Origin: Eledone cirrhosa
Taxonomy: Eukaryota
Assembly (NCBI GenBank): GCA_964016885.1
Contig: OZ024740.1
Location: forward strand, 122,946,001 to 123,010,000
Length of the DNA stretch: 64,000 bases
Direction of reading: 5' to 3'
Shown here: positions 37,620-51,615 of the stretch, piece by piece
How positions within the stretch are numbered: position 1 is the stretch's first letter
How the letters are laid out: each line of letters begins with the position of its first letter
The notes under the pieces: generated by a model
The model's input: only the letters and a program-made list of their open reading frames with translations
Told to the model about the DNA's origin: nothing
Database searches by the model: none
Translations under genes and position numbers: made by a program

Positions 37620-38720
37620 TGTTGCAGGATGCAATAATTAGAACAGGTGAAATGAAAGAAAATGATAATGCTCTCACTCAAGAAAATGAAAGCATTGTCA
37701 AAACTGTATGCAAGAAATTTAAAATCTAGAATAAAACAACAGGCTGTGGGAGTGGTGAGTTATAATACTGGAATAGTTGATTGAACAAAAGAAGACCTTG
37801 AAAGAACTGATAGATGCCCATGTAAGATCTTAACGTGCAATGGGTGCTTACACCCAAGGGCAAATGTTGCAAGTATATTAATAGAAAGGAAGGTGGGATA
37901 GGTTTAGTTTCAGTTGAGCAATGTGTATGCAGTGAGTGCAACGTTTTGTGGGATTATCTGTTATTAACTTACGAACCACTACTCATAGAAGTTTTGAAGG
38001 AAGACTTTATAACAGAAAGCCAAGGTCAGAAACCATTCAACAAGACTTCTTGTGAGAAACAAGACCAGGCATGGAAATAAAAGTTTCTTCATGGAAAATT
38101 CCCAGCTGCCAATAGAGACATTGCTGATCTTAGGTCTTCAATTTGACTTAGGCCAGGTTGGGTTAAAAAGAACACTGAGGCTATTATTACAGCCACACAG
38201 GACAAGACACTCAGAACCAATTAGATGAAAGCTAACATCAATGGAACAAACTGCTCCCCACTTTATAGAATATGACTTAAAGCAGATGAATCTATGGCAC
38301 ATATTGCTAGTGGATGTGAGCAATAAGCAAAATTACATTATAAAATCCAGCATGATCTTATAGTAAATCGTCTCCAATGGGAGTTGTGAATAAAAATTGG
38401 ATGCTAATTGATATTACAATCCCCCAAGACAACAATGTGGCTGAAAAATAAATGGAAAAGATCAGTAAGTATGCAGACGTTGGAGGCACTACTAGAACTC
38501 TGTATCATGTAGAGACAGAAGTTGCACCAATCGTCATTGGGATGGTAGACACGGTCTCTAAATGCTTTATATCTTTCATCAAAAGCCATGGGATCCCTGA
38601 CTTCATAGGCAGAGCCCAAATTTTTAACATCTCTAGCATTGCCAGACATTTATACTATATATTGAACCTCTGAGATCAGGGAATGATGTGAGGCTAATTA
38701 ACACACTTCACCTAGTAACT
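37620..38720 (+). mobile_element. Dong/R4-like RLE retrotransposon 3' fragment (decayed, internally deleted)
   Basis: YINRKEGGIGL, LHGKF, GLKKNTEAII..QD..LRTN, HIASGC, LIDITIP, EKISKY, PIVIG. Confidence 0.85.
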
Positions 38721-39099
38721 TATTGCTAGAGAAACCTTAAAAAAGGGAAAAATTATTATTATTATTACATTTTACTTTGATTTCACTTTATATGCAATGA
38801 CTACCAAGTATCAACCAAATATTTAGGGTAGGCATCTTTAGTTGTAACACTTTACGACAACTTTTTTTGTTTCATCCACACATTCACTTAATTAGTCACA
38901 CCACAAAGGTTGATAGGTAAAGTATTCAAAAAATAATTGAGAAAATAAATATAGTAAGTTATGTGTAGAAGAAGATAAAAAGAAGAATTAAGGAGTATAA
39001 AAGGTATGAATTAATTTGGCATTAAGGATATTTGAATGGTATTAAATACCAATTAAATTTATAACAGGAATTAAACCGGAAAGCTTGAGTTGGCATATA

Positions 39100-39335
39100 T
39101 TTGAATGACAATAATTTACTTAGTATGTGGGTGGTATTTGGATTCCATATTTGCTATATTTATCAGGTATGTTTTCTAGAAACTTTTGAACACCTTTCTT
39201 TATGACACCTAATGCTCCTATCACTACTGGAATAGTTTCAATCTTAAAGTGAGACAATCTGTTTATTTCAATTTACAGGTCTTTATATTTTGCAAGCTTT
39301 TCATACTCCTTTGCTGGTACATTTCTGTTGTTGAT
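39100..39335 (-). mobile_element. Dong/R4-like RLE C-terminal fragment
   Basis: Minus-strand translation EKLAKYKDL*IEI..IPVVIGALGVIKKG. Confidence 0.75.
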
Positions 39336-39365
39336 ATGAGTTAGCATATTTTCTTTTTAAATTCT

Positions 39366-42300
39366 TTATTATTATTATTATTATTATTATTACAGTTGCA
39401 TTTATCTTGCTTTATGTTCATACGAGTTATCACCAAGTCACAACCATTGACCTCAAGAGACAACAAGGTCTGCCATGTTCAAGAAAGAACATACATACTC
39501 ACACATGCATCTTTAGGTGTTTAGACTTGTGATGTACTTATATTGACAGAATCTTCCTTAGTATATGGGCAGTTCCCATTAGTACTATCTTTTGTATTTC
39601 TCCTATACGCGGGTTTCCTGGGATTTGTGATAAGTAATCATTAGACCCCTTAGGTATCATTCCCAGAGCGCCTACAACCACTGGTATTGTTTTAGTTCTC
39701 AGTTTCCACATTTTTCCAATTTCTATCTCCAGGTCCTTATACTTGCTCAATTTTTCAAATGTTTTTAGAGATACATTCTTGTCTATTGGAACAGACATAT
39801 CAATTAGCAGGCATACCCTCTTTTGAAAGTCCTTCAATATTATATCAGGTCTATTTGCATCTATTTTTCGGTCTGTTTGGATGCTAAAGTTCCACAAGAT
39901 TGAGATGTGATCTTTTTTAAGTATGGGAGGTGGTTGATGCTCCCACCAATTCTTTTGATGGGGCAGGTCAAAATGCTTACACATTATCCAATGTATGTAT
40001 TGTGCAGCTCTGTCATGCCTGTTTAGGTATTCGGTTGGAGCTATAGGACTGCACATTGAAATTATATGGTCAATGGTCTCTGGTTGTTTTTTGCATACAC
40101 GGCATAATGGGCTGCACCCATTTTTTATTATGTTGGCTTGGTAATTTTTTGTTGGCAGACACTGATCTTGTGCCGATATAATCAGTCCTTCAGTCTCCGA
40201 TTTCAGTCCAGAGGATGCCAACCACTGATGGGTTAAAGTTTTGTCAACATCAGGATTGTTAGCTCGCTCTGGGTATTTTCCATACAGAGGCTTTTCTTGC
40301 CATTTCTTAGCCAGTTTCTGTAGCAGTTCTTTCTTTGCAGTTACTTTTACCTGCTTTGCTTTTTCTGTGTTTTCCATTTCAGCAGTAAATGGGACTTCTG
40401 AAATTTGTAGTCCATTACTGTATCTTTGTGCATCTTTTGTAATGGAATATGATCTTTTGATGCTTTCGTGTTTCAAAACGAGTTTGATCATCCAATCAGG
40501 TGATTCCCTTAGATATGTAGATAATCCAATTGTTGCAGTTTTCAACGCAATGTCTAACTGGATTAACCCACGTCCTCCTTCTTTCCTAGGGAGATATATT
40601 CTATCTATATCTGCCTTAGGGTGATGCATTCTGTGCATGGTTAAGAATTTTCAGATTTTTGTATCGAGCCTACGGATCTCTGTGCTTGACCAGTTGATGA
40701 CATTGTAACTGTAGGTTACTACTGGTATGGCAAGCGTGTTTATGGCATCGATCCTATTCCTTGCATTCAATTCCGTTCTTAAGATTGCTCTTACTCTGCG
40801 GTAACATTCCTTCCTTATCCTTTCCCTCATTGTCGAGTGCTTGATTCCGTCTCCTTCACAAACACCTAGATATTTGTAAGTTTTTTCTTGATCAAGTTCT
40901 CTTATCACGTTCCCCCGATCAAGATTAATGTCTGAACTCTTCAGCAGCTTTCCTCTGCTGAACGTTGCTTTGGCGCATTTATCTAGTCCAAACTTCATTT
41001 TAATGTCATCACTGAACTGCTTCACAGTGGATAATAGCCCTTGCAATTGTTCATCATTTTTTGCAAATAGTTTCAGGTCATCCATGTAGAACAGGTGATT
41101 AATGGTTTTGTCATAGACTTTATATCCATGTTTTGTTTCATTGAGCATTTTACTTAATGGTATAAGTGCGATGCAGAATAAAAGCGGTGATAAAGAGTCA
41201 CCCTGAAAAATTCCACAATTAATATTAACTTCTCCAGCTTCCAGTGATTTTGTTTCACTATTCAAAAGGAGTGTCGTTTTCCATGTCTTCTTACTGAATG
41301 ACAAAAACCTCCTGACAATGGGGGATATTTTGAAAATCTCTAAACATTTTTCAATCCAACTGTGTGGCAAACTATCGAATGCTTTTTTATAATCTATCCA
41401 AGCAATCGATAGATTTTTGTGTCTATTATGACAATCTTCCAGTATCATTTTGTTAACCAGAAACTGATCCTTACAGCCATATGAGCCTCATTTACACCCT
41501 TTCTGCTCAATGGGAAATAGGTCATTTGTTATCAGGTGGTCATATGTGTATTCAGCTAGGACTGATGTTAAAATTTTATACATTGTGGTCAAGCAAGTTA
41601 TCGGTCTGTAATTTTTGGGATTGTTTGTCTCATCATTCTTCGGAAGCAGGAATGTAATGCCGTTAACTAGCCATGATGGTATCTTTTCTGGCTCCTTAAC
41701 TATTTCATTGTAAAGTTGGGCTAACAGCTCATGAGACTCTGTGAAGGCATTTATCCAAAAGTTTTGTATTTTGTCTTTTCCTGGGGATTTCCATTTGCTG
41801 GTTTTTCTTAGAGCCAAGCGCAACTGTTCAACTGTTATATTTTCCCATGTTTGTTCCTCAAGGTGAGCTGTATCTTTCATTTGTCTGTCTATCCATGGGG
41901 CATGTATGTTATGAACTTTTTCTTCGGCCCAGATCTTTTCCCAGAATTTTTGCACTTCCTCCTTGGGTGGTATTGATTTAGCAGTTATTGTTGACTTACC
42001 AATTTTTCTGTAGAAGTTTCTTTGGTTGTTTTTGAACATATTATTGTCCATATAGAATCTAGATCGTTTTTCAAAGCGCCTTATACGAGCAGCTTTGGCC
42101 GACACTTTTTGCTTGATTATTTCTATCAGCATGTCTATGTCACATGTTGATTTTATACTGTACTCTTTTTTTCAATTTTCTAAGTTTAGTTTGTTTAACA
42201 TGTTCACCTACTTTATAGTTTGTTAAAATTTCTATGTCAGATCGGAGAAGGTTTATTTGGCGATTGATGTTCTCTTGCTAAGTAGATTTCTTGTGGGAAT

Positions 42301-42746
42301 TCCTTTGTTTTTTCATCTTCACTCCACATAAGTGAGTGGTGACTTTAGCCGATGCATAATAGAGATGATTTAAATCAGTAATGTTTAGTTTGTTTGTGAT
42401 GATAATGTTTTTGAGAATTATGTTAGTCTTGTGTATTATCTTTTGGTTCTGTTTGGAGTTCTGGATCTTAGGGAGGGTGTCTCGTTGCCCCATGTCAGAT
42501 TTTTCCATTTTCATCCATTCGATCATAATTTCATCCTTCAAGTTGGCAAGTTCATTCTCATTCATTTCTTTATCATTTACGATCTCATTATTTTCATTTG
42601 GAGTTTCATCCTGAGCATGCACTCCCTCCACTTTTTCGATCCTTTCTTTAATTTGTTCTGTTGCCAGTGATTCCGCCCCAACCCTGGGATTCGAAGTGTT
42701 ACAGTTTACCTCGTTTTCACTGACACATGTTTCATTTTCCCTTCCC
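39366..42746 (-). mobile_element. Dong/R4-clade non-LTR retrotransposon (RT + CCHC + RLE), 5'-truncated, inserted in (TAA)n
   Basis: NYRPITCL, DYKKAFDS, GIFQGDSLSP, YMDD, YKYLG; CRVC..HIISMC; RHD, NRPDII, LIDMSVP, KYKDL. (TAA)n tail at 39366-39392 and TTATTATTA at the 5' junction (42747-42755). Confidence 0.96.
39538..42132 (-). pseudogene. RT-RLE ORF of the Dong/R4 element: one frame with two premature TGA codons
   Basis: ORFs 41488-42132, 40651-41448 and 39538-40638 are in the same frame, separated only by TGA at 41488-41490 and 40651-40653. Confidence 0.92.
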
Positions 42747-42755
42747 TTATTATTA

Positions 42756-42790
42756 GAAGAAGAAGAAGAAGAAGAAGAAGAAGAAGAAGA
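42756..42790. repeat. (GAA)n microsatellite
   Basis: Directly visible. Confidence 0.97.
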
Positions 42791-45700
42791 CTCCTGATCT
42801 ATAGATTACATAAACCAAATGCACATATCCAGTAGTTTCAAATAGAAAGTAATATGAGGAATATAAACCAGATATGAATAATCCCAATTTGAATATATTG
42901 CTACTACTAACACAAGAAAACTATTCTAGAGTGTGTACAAACATAAACACAGCAAAATGATTAATCCTATACATAAAATCATAGGGCTCAAGGAATGAAT
43001 TTGTATCTCAATCAAATTATGATCAGGCATCCAAAACAACAGAAATAAAACGAACCTAAAAAAGGATACAATGAGAGACAATAAAAATATTCTTACATCA
43101 GAAATATTGATTAGTAATATATGAAACTGTCTTTCACACTCAAATCATTCACAAAGTTTGACCATTTCTGAGCTTAAAAATGGAAATTGGAGGGATGGAG
43201 GATGCAGCACAGGATTGGAATTTTCTTGTATAGCTTTACTTTAAAACAACTGTAAATAATTATATTGGGTAGCTGGGGAAATGTTTAGTAAAAAATGGCT
43301 ATTTCACAAAATACTGAAAACACTAGAGACACACCAAAGTAACAGGAAATTGCCATTTAGGATATCCTCATCTAAATTGAAATAACTTATAAATCCTATG
43401 AACAAAACCCTAAGGATGTAACAGAAAAAATATGTTACAGTGCTGTGAGATATGGTTCAGCACATAGGCAAAGAAATATTAGTTAAGCAACTACTGGTAA
43501 TTTTTCTCCATTGACACAAAACAACTGTTTAATCCTGCTTGGTTGTATTGCTACAAAGCTCTTCAAGGATTGAGATTCACAAAAAAGGTAAAATGAAAAT
43601 AAAATAAAAAAAATATATAGACAGGTAAAATTCTATATTTGAATATTAAATATTGAAACAAATATTTAATATGTGAATGATTTGGGCGATTCTTATGGGA
43701 GTTAAAATATAATAATTAAAAGTCATGTTATGTACCAATGAGAAAAACTGCACAACCAGCATTGTAACTCTTTTGTGACAATATATTTAATAAAATACAC
43801 TCAATTAATTAATGAAGAATTTTAATAAATTTACTAAAATTGTTAATTATTTTATACTCAACAATCAGTTTTTATATGAAATGATATTGGAAAATTTTAA
43901 TCTAGATAAGAACCCTTTTAATTGATAGTTTTCTTTCATAGAACTAGAGCCAGTTTTCACTGGGTTGATAAGGAAAGGGTTATGACCATTTTCCATATTA
44001 AAGCAAGGCTTAGCCATGAAAACCCCATGAATAGCTTGTCCATTTTGTCCTATCATCCACAACTGCCTTCATCATCCAACTGGCTTTCATTTACTCCTCC
44101 ATCGTCTTTAGCCATGTCTTTCTTGATATGAGCAAATGACTAACTAATATTTCCAATGATGAATCATGACATTTCAAATGTCAGTATTTCACGACTCAAA
44201 ACAAAGTAAACTATAAAAAAAAAAAATGGTGCCAATTCTTCTCGTACAGTCTAATTAATCAAAATCTACTTATAATTCCTTCACATGTTTAGCAATTTAA
44301 GTCTTGAATACCAGCAATGAAAATATAAAAAAGTAATGGTTTCTGACAATAAACAATTTGCTTTAATGAAAGCAATAACTATGAATAGTTAGTTATTCAT
44401 ATGGCTTACATTTATTTAACCGATTGCTATAATATTGCACTGTAAACCCATCGATGTTACAGCAAATATTTTTTCCCATTGGGAGAGCTCTCAAGTGGGA
44501 AATACTTTAGATAATGGAAAATAGTTGAGTAAATGCTAAAATCTCATTCATCATTTATTTAAAGTTACTTCGATTGTCTGTACTCTTACTCTCAAACAAT
44601 TCTGTATCATAATCAACTTCTAAAGATTTGTGTGTTTTTCCATATATACAACACTTTGTTGTATTTACAGTAAATTAAGTTAAATTGCTAAATTATTTTA
44701 TGGGTAATAAACAAGATAATAATGGAAGCAGACACAATGAATTTAGCATTCCAATCCACTTGCGTTAGAAATTCCTTTAATCATTGCTTAGTTGCATTTT
44801 AAGTGTAGCACTATCTGTAAGAAGTAATGCTTGTGTAATTATCAGCAACTTAAAAATTAGCTTAACAGAGATGAGGTTATTTTGCAAAAATATTAGAAAT
44901 ATAACTTTCATATTTGTTTTCATTAACATCATACACAGTACTTCATTCAATTATTCTTGCCATTTCCTAACCTTATATAATCCCTGCCTACCACATATGT
45001 TGAACTTCCATCAGATTTGACAAGTGTTCTTGTTTGTACAATGGAACAGCTAACTCACGAAGTTTCCACACAAGTGACTGAGCAGTCCACGGACAAATCC
45101 ACTGGCAATGTCACAAAGTGTGCAATAAGAATAGGCTTTTAAATTACAAGTACAACTCATTTTTGCTTACAGCGGGGTCTGAGTGGCATAAAGTATGTTG
45201 CACAAGGACACAACACACCACTGGGAATCAAACTCACAACCTTTCAAATGCAAGTCAAACAAGTTAATCACTAACCCACGTGCAATGAGATTGGAAAATA
45301 GTTATGGGTTAGCTAAAAATAATTTTCAATCAATTCAAATTATAACCACGGAAAGAAAACTAATAAGCATTAATTCTGATAATTTTTAACAGGTTTCAAT
45401 ATTTTGACTGGTTTTAATCAATCATATAAACACCAGTACTTATTGTGTTCAATGTGTTAATTATTTTATCAATCTCTTTTCACCAAACTGTCAAGTAAAA
45501 TTACTAAAACATACACACACACACGTATGCACATAGATATAGAACACAATTCTGCACAGTTTCCATCCACCAAATTTCACTCATAATGCATCTGTCATCC
45601 AAAAACTATAAGAGATATTTGCCCAAGCTTCCATGCAGTGGGACCGAACAATGAAACACCTCATTGCAAAGTGAATTTCTTCTTAACTGTACAGCTATGC

Positions 45701-48700
45701 CTGTGCCAAATAAAAAATTATATCTCATTGTTGTAAGTGCCAGACCAAATAAATTATCTTGGTATCTATGTTTTAAGAATCAAATAAATTTATTGGGGTT
45801 CTGGGCAACTGCTCTAAATGACTGCCATCTATTTGTGAATTGAGGTTAAAAGAAAAAGAAACAGTACACTATGAGATGAATAATGTTGCCACTGTGTAGT
45901 GGTCACACTCTTTACTAAAGATCAATGGTATTTAACCCTCATAGTCTCCATACATGTTGCCATTATCCTCATCATTTCCATTCTTCAAATAAATACTGCC
46001 ATAACACTTTTCATAATTACCTCTATCACAAATAAATTTATATTTGACTGACTTTCTATGCATAAAAAAGATAGAATTACCAGTTGAAATAATCTCTACC
46101 TATTTATTCCATTTTGATCTTGTTGTATGGCATCTTGGCCATGTGTCATTTTTCTTAGCTTTGTGAGTGGAATTGTGGAAATGGAAAGTATGTGAAGCTC
46201 ATCAGATGGACTGTATCTCTATGTCAAATGGTCAGCATTGCACAGCATTGCATTACACTAAATCAAGTAGGTTATGAGCACATATGTCTGTGGAATGCTC
46301 AGCCACTTACACGTTAATTTCATGAACAGGTTTTCCACTGACTGATCAATGGGAACATGCATTGGCAAACCAATAAATATTTATTTCAGTTCCTTTTGTC
46401 CTGTACATTTATTGATTAACAATTATCAAGTCGTCTATATGTCAACGACTTCAGTCAGTGAGACAATAAGAAAAGCTGTATGATGCTGTATAGCTTATTA
46501 GAAATAGCAGTGAAATTTTGCTCAAATTGCATTCTATCAACTTAATAAAGGAACACATTGGATAATGTAACATTGATAAATAAGATGAAATGATCACAAC
46601 TAAAGCAATTTTAATATGCCTGCTCAATCAAGGAAGATATGAGGCTAAACAGCAACAACAACTCAGATACCATTTTCTGTTCTCTCTTTTTTTAAAAAAT
46701 CTGTTATCTGTCACATAAATAAATCCAGACAACTCTTGCTGAAACTTAATCATTAATACTTTCTACCCACCCAACTGGTGTCAGAAATATTGCTCCTTCT
46801 TTGTTTCTCCATAGTGGTCATTGGCCACTATTTTCCGTCCTTAAGGGTATTTTACCCAATTCTTACATTGTTATTATTAATGTCATTTAGCTGTTTAACA
46901 AGCTATTTCTTATGTTTGAGTTTCCCATTATTCTAGGAATTAAATAAATTGTTTCTTTTGTTTGATCAATCTCAATGTGTGTCCTTCTTCCATCTCCCCT
47001 GTCCCCTATGCACAATTCTTATAGGAAAATAGCAATAATCATTCTAATTCTAAATATCTGTAGTACTTTCAGGTATACAGACTGAAAAGACCTTTACAAA
47101 ATGTGGTGTCATTTATCATAACAGCTTTTCAGAAATATTGATGACTCTAATTTACTTTTCTGTGTCATATTATTGAAAACTGTTGTCATTAATTGGAGGT
47201 TTTTGGCAAAAACTTTAATCCAATTAAAACTAAGTGGGGAGGAAGGAAATAAAAAAATATTCAATATGCTTTGACTACAATTACTAATGATCAATAATGA
47301 TTTTACTGTTGAACTAACATTATAATTTTCAGTAATTGGGCAACTATTATTAATAACCAGTAGTTCTGTCATTTATTGTGAAGAACGATTGTTAGTTTTG
47401 CACTCAGTCAAATGATTCACTTTCTCTTTTCTTTACTGTTCTGTCATGATTGAAGTGTGGTGGGATGAGTGATAGGCGTATCATGAAGAATCCTCCTTTG
47501 CTTTCAACGATGTGCTATCAATTGTACGTTCACATCAATGTCCAAGTCATGAATTAATGTGTAAGTGGTTGAGTATTCCAGAGTCATGTATTCTTGACAT
47601 AATTCTTTGGTCAAATCAGCATAACATCAGTACCTTTGATTTAAAGGAAAAGTCTATTCAATGAGCTTCCACTCAATTTTCATTTACACAATTTCTCAAA
47701 GAGCTGATGCCACAGAACAGGGCATTGCCCAGACTTGTGTCACAGAAGTGAAATTTTCAGATGCAAATTAAATGGTCATTCATGATCGAAGGGACTATTT
47801 ACCCTCTTTGCCCATATATGAAATATATTTTTCAAAATTTGCTCCTTCACAATAACAGTGACAAGCATATTCATTTAGAGAACATCTGTTAGGAGTCCAG
47901 GCAGTGACATCAGATTACTTGTAGCTCCTTACATCAACACCTCATCACACGTTTCTGGCTCATGTAATATCTTACATACTTCTCTAATATCTTTACTACA
48001 GTGCAAATAGAGACCAATCCTGTCTTGGCACCATGCATTCATATGATCTGAAAAGCTGACTTACTTTCCTCTAACTACCTATGTGCAGACTCATATACCC
48101 ATACACAATGCATAAAGTGCCACCACTGTTACATACACATCTCCCTTATCCCAAAGTACCTATACAGCCTTCAAATGTTCATATATAATCTATGTTAACT
48201 CCTAACTTTAACATACAACTGACTATGCTATAATATCTGCTCACTCACATTTCTCTTCCTCTGTGTTGCACTCTTGCTTGTCAACCCTTATTGTTGTTTT
48301 TATTACTTCTCACCAACAGAGCTATTACCAAGAATAGGCTATTTTCTTTGCTTCTTCCAATGTTTTTTTTCCTGCTGAATTCCTTCTCTTTCCCTTTTCT
48401 CATCAAAGACCCACAGTTTAAAGCATCAAATTCATTCACTCTCGACTTCTGTGTGTATATAGTGTATGTTGTTTGATTGTTGTTTCCTTTTGTTGTTTTC
48501 CTAAGGCCTTTCCCCTTTAATACCAGATACAAACAGAAATTGCTTCAACTGACTATACTTCTAGATTTTAAATTTCTATATTGTGCCAACGCAAGAGGCA
48601 AAATAATCAATATTATTCTGAGAATGTAAAGAAAAAAATCCCCATAAAAATTAACTAGATATTGAATCATTGGAACTCTATAACCAACAATGCTATTGTT

Positions 48701-50996
48701 CATAAATGCATGATATAAATGATATTTTTTAGTGTGTACAATCCATGTAATTGTCGAAACTATCAAGATACTCTAAAATTAATTAAAATAAAACTAAATC
48801 ATATAATAGCAATAACCATATCAGGAGAAATTTATTGTTATATTTAATAACCATACAAATCTGAGCAATGAACATGTATGGTTACATGTATAGATATTTA
48901 TTTTTTAAAGATAAGTGCAAGCTAATGAAAAATTGGCATCATTTGTATTTTCTGTACAGCATGTTTATGAAAATGTTTTGTGAATGTAAAACAAAAAGAT
49001 TAAATATCAAATAGATTTTTTTTTTATTTCAAATTTAAAACATTTTTCATCCCTCATTTACCTTGATTATTTTTTATTATTTTTCATGGATTTTTACTTT
49101 TTATTCTTTTTTATCTTTTTAATTTTATCAGAATACGAAATTTCATTGCTATTATGAAGGACTCTCACACAAAAATGTACTATATGAGTTTATTGATTCT
49201 ATTTCTTAATTCTGTTATTCATATCCTGATTCTGATTCAGAAACAAATATTAATTTCACAGTTGTAAAGCTTGATTGCCTCTCATACATGATAAGCAATA
49301 TAATCCATGAAAACATTTTAAATATACGACACATTTTGCTCAGCAGATTTAATAACTATTAACTTCTTCCTGCCAAGTTTGACAGCAGTAGCAACTGCAT
49401 CAGCAAAATGTCATTCCGACCAAAATGGCTTGGAAATTGGCCTACTGCTGGAAATTGCCATTGAGAATTCTCTGGATTGAAGTTGTTATTGACTTTACTG
49501 ATATCAGCACTAGATGATAGATTGATTTATTATTATTATCATTGGCATTCTCCTTCAGCTTCATCTTCTTTGTCTTTTGTTATTATTATTAATAATATTA
49601 TTTTTTTTTTGTATTTCCTCCTCGGGATTAAATTCCTTTGTTGCTTTATGGCAAGGACTTAATGTCTTGTTTGCATGTTGCTATCAATTGTGCAGAAGTT
49701 GATGAAATTACAGAGAGAGAAGGTGTGGAAGCGAGAGTGAAAGGGGGAGTAAATAATAAATATTTGTGTCTCTGAATGTGTGTTTGAGTTTGTATGCATC
49801 GCAATAGGTGTGCACGTATATGTGTAAAGAATAAGATATATAAGGATAGTGGTAGAATGCAATGTAGAGAAAGTACAGTTAAATATGGCATTGTGTTATG
49901 CTTTTAAAGGTTGCTCTGATTGTTAGTTTGCAATATATTCCCAAAGAAGGTAATAAATCAAATTTTTATTTACATCTGAATTTCACAGAACAAAAACAGC
50001 TATAATAACTATAAAGAAATTTGTTAAAAAGTATGAGTATCATATGAAGAGTATACAACTGGTTGGGAGGATTACATTAAGTTATTCACAGAAACGATCT
50101 ATTTAATTCAATAGGGGTAAGCATGTTTCACAATTATGGGGTATCTGATTCAATTTTACTCAGCAGCACCTTTTGTAGGTCACTCAGATTGATCAGAGCA
50201 GGGTGAGTAAAACTTGATGAATATAAACTGTGTGAAAGTAGGTTAGAGGTGTCTAAAGAAACCATTTGTTTAATTCAATGGAAGTAGACAAGGCTATGTG
50301 ATTAAGAAATCTGCTTTACAACTATGTAGTTTATAGTTCAAACCTACTCTGCAGCAACTTTAGCAAGTTACATATATGAATTTATGGTTAGTGAAATTTG
50401 ATAGATGTAAACTATGTGAACGTTTGTTGGAGGTAACGTTCTTGTTTTTAGTTGGAAGATTTAATTTGTTATTTGGCTTGAGAACAGCACCTGGCACTTG
50501 AGTACTTTTAGTGGAGTCTATACTGTGGCAAGAATTTGAACAATACCAATGACTTAAAGATAACTTCTTTTATTCATTCTACCAGTTTCAGAGGTCATGA
50601 AATGGATCATGTGTACTACCCTTCCAACACTTCCTATAAAATCATTTGTCATAATGTGCCAACTTTTGCTGAATTTGACATCATGCCATTTGTGATTTGG
50701 TACAAGCAATATATCATAAAACTTAAATATACACAGTCCATTCAACAAGTTAATTAAATTTAGTCCAGAAAATAATCATCTTACTATATTGCATTTTGTT
50801 AAATATAGCTTACCTCTATCAGTTTTTGAGATAAGTTTTCCAGTAGTTTGGTCATCAAAACAACCTGCTCATTACACCCATATGTAAGTAGTTGAGTGTT
50901 TCACAGGTACATATACTTTTCATATAATTTTCATGGGTATTCAGCATGACCATATGTTATGAGGATAAATATTTGACTTACAAATACAATTTACGT

Positions 50997-51082
50997 TTAC
51001 TCAATTTCCCTCCAGTTTTGGGCTGGCATATGGCTTTGATAAAAGATATTTGCCAGCCCCAAACTGGAGGGAAATTGAGTAA
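50997..51082. repeat. Near-perfect inverted repeat (32-bp arms, 22-nt spacer)
   Basis: TTACTCAATTTCCCTCCAGTTTTGGGCTGGCA versus TGCCAGCCCCAAACTGGAGGGAAATTGAGTAA, one mismatch. Confidence 0.95.
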
Positions 51083-51479
51083 CCATAAACTGTAATTGTG
51101 GTAAAAGACATTTGCCTAATACGTCATGCAGTCAAACAGATTTCAGAGCCTTATGATTAAGGTGTAAACACCCTAATCATTTGGCCAATATATTTTGTTA
51201 AATAACATAAAAAAAACATCAAGTAACATTGATTAAGTGTTATCTTTTAATTTCAGATATAACATAATCACCAATATGCAGAGATTATGTTAATATTTAT
51301 AATAGAGATTGAGAATATTTAATCTGTAATATTAGTACATCTATCTTTATTGTTCCCTACCCATATACCACCTCAAATATCCTCATATATTTCTGGGCAC
51401 CCTTCTCATTACCACTGATGGTCCCCAAGGGAAAGGCAAAGGCTAATGCAGTTTGACACCTGTGTCATCACAACACATT

Positions 51480-51615
51480 TTTGACAGGTGAGTAGACTAG
51501 TGCTATGTAAAATAAAGAAACTTGCTCAAGGGTACAACTTGCTATCTGGTTCAGAATTTGGTCTCGTGATTTTACAATCGTGAGTCCACCACTATAACTA
51601 CTAAGCTACATGCCT
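51480..51615 (-). mobile_element. tRNA-headed SINE fragment (same family as the 14585-14921 head)
   Basis: gtgagtagact..tgt.aaataaa..cttgctcaagg..acaac motif; similar relics near 23500, 26760 and 45170. Confidence 0.6.

Noticed and set aside
44040-44226. Strong minus-strand acceptor-like site (poly-T-ATAG) followed by exon-like sequence
   Set aside because: All three frames stop within about 50 nt and no partner exon was found; it cannot be supported without RNA data.
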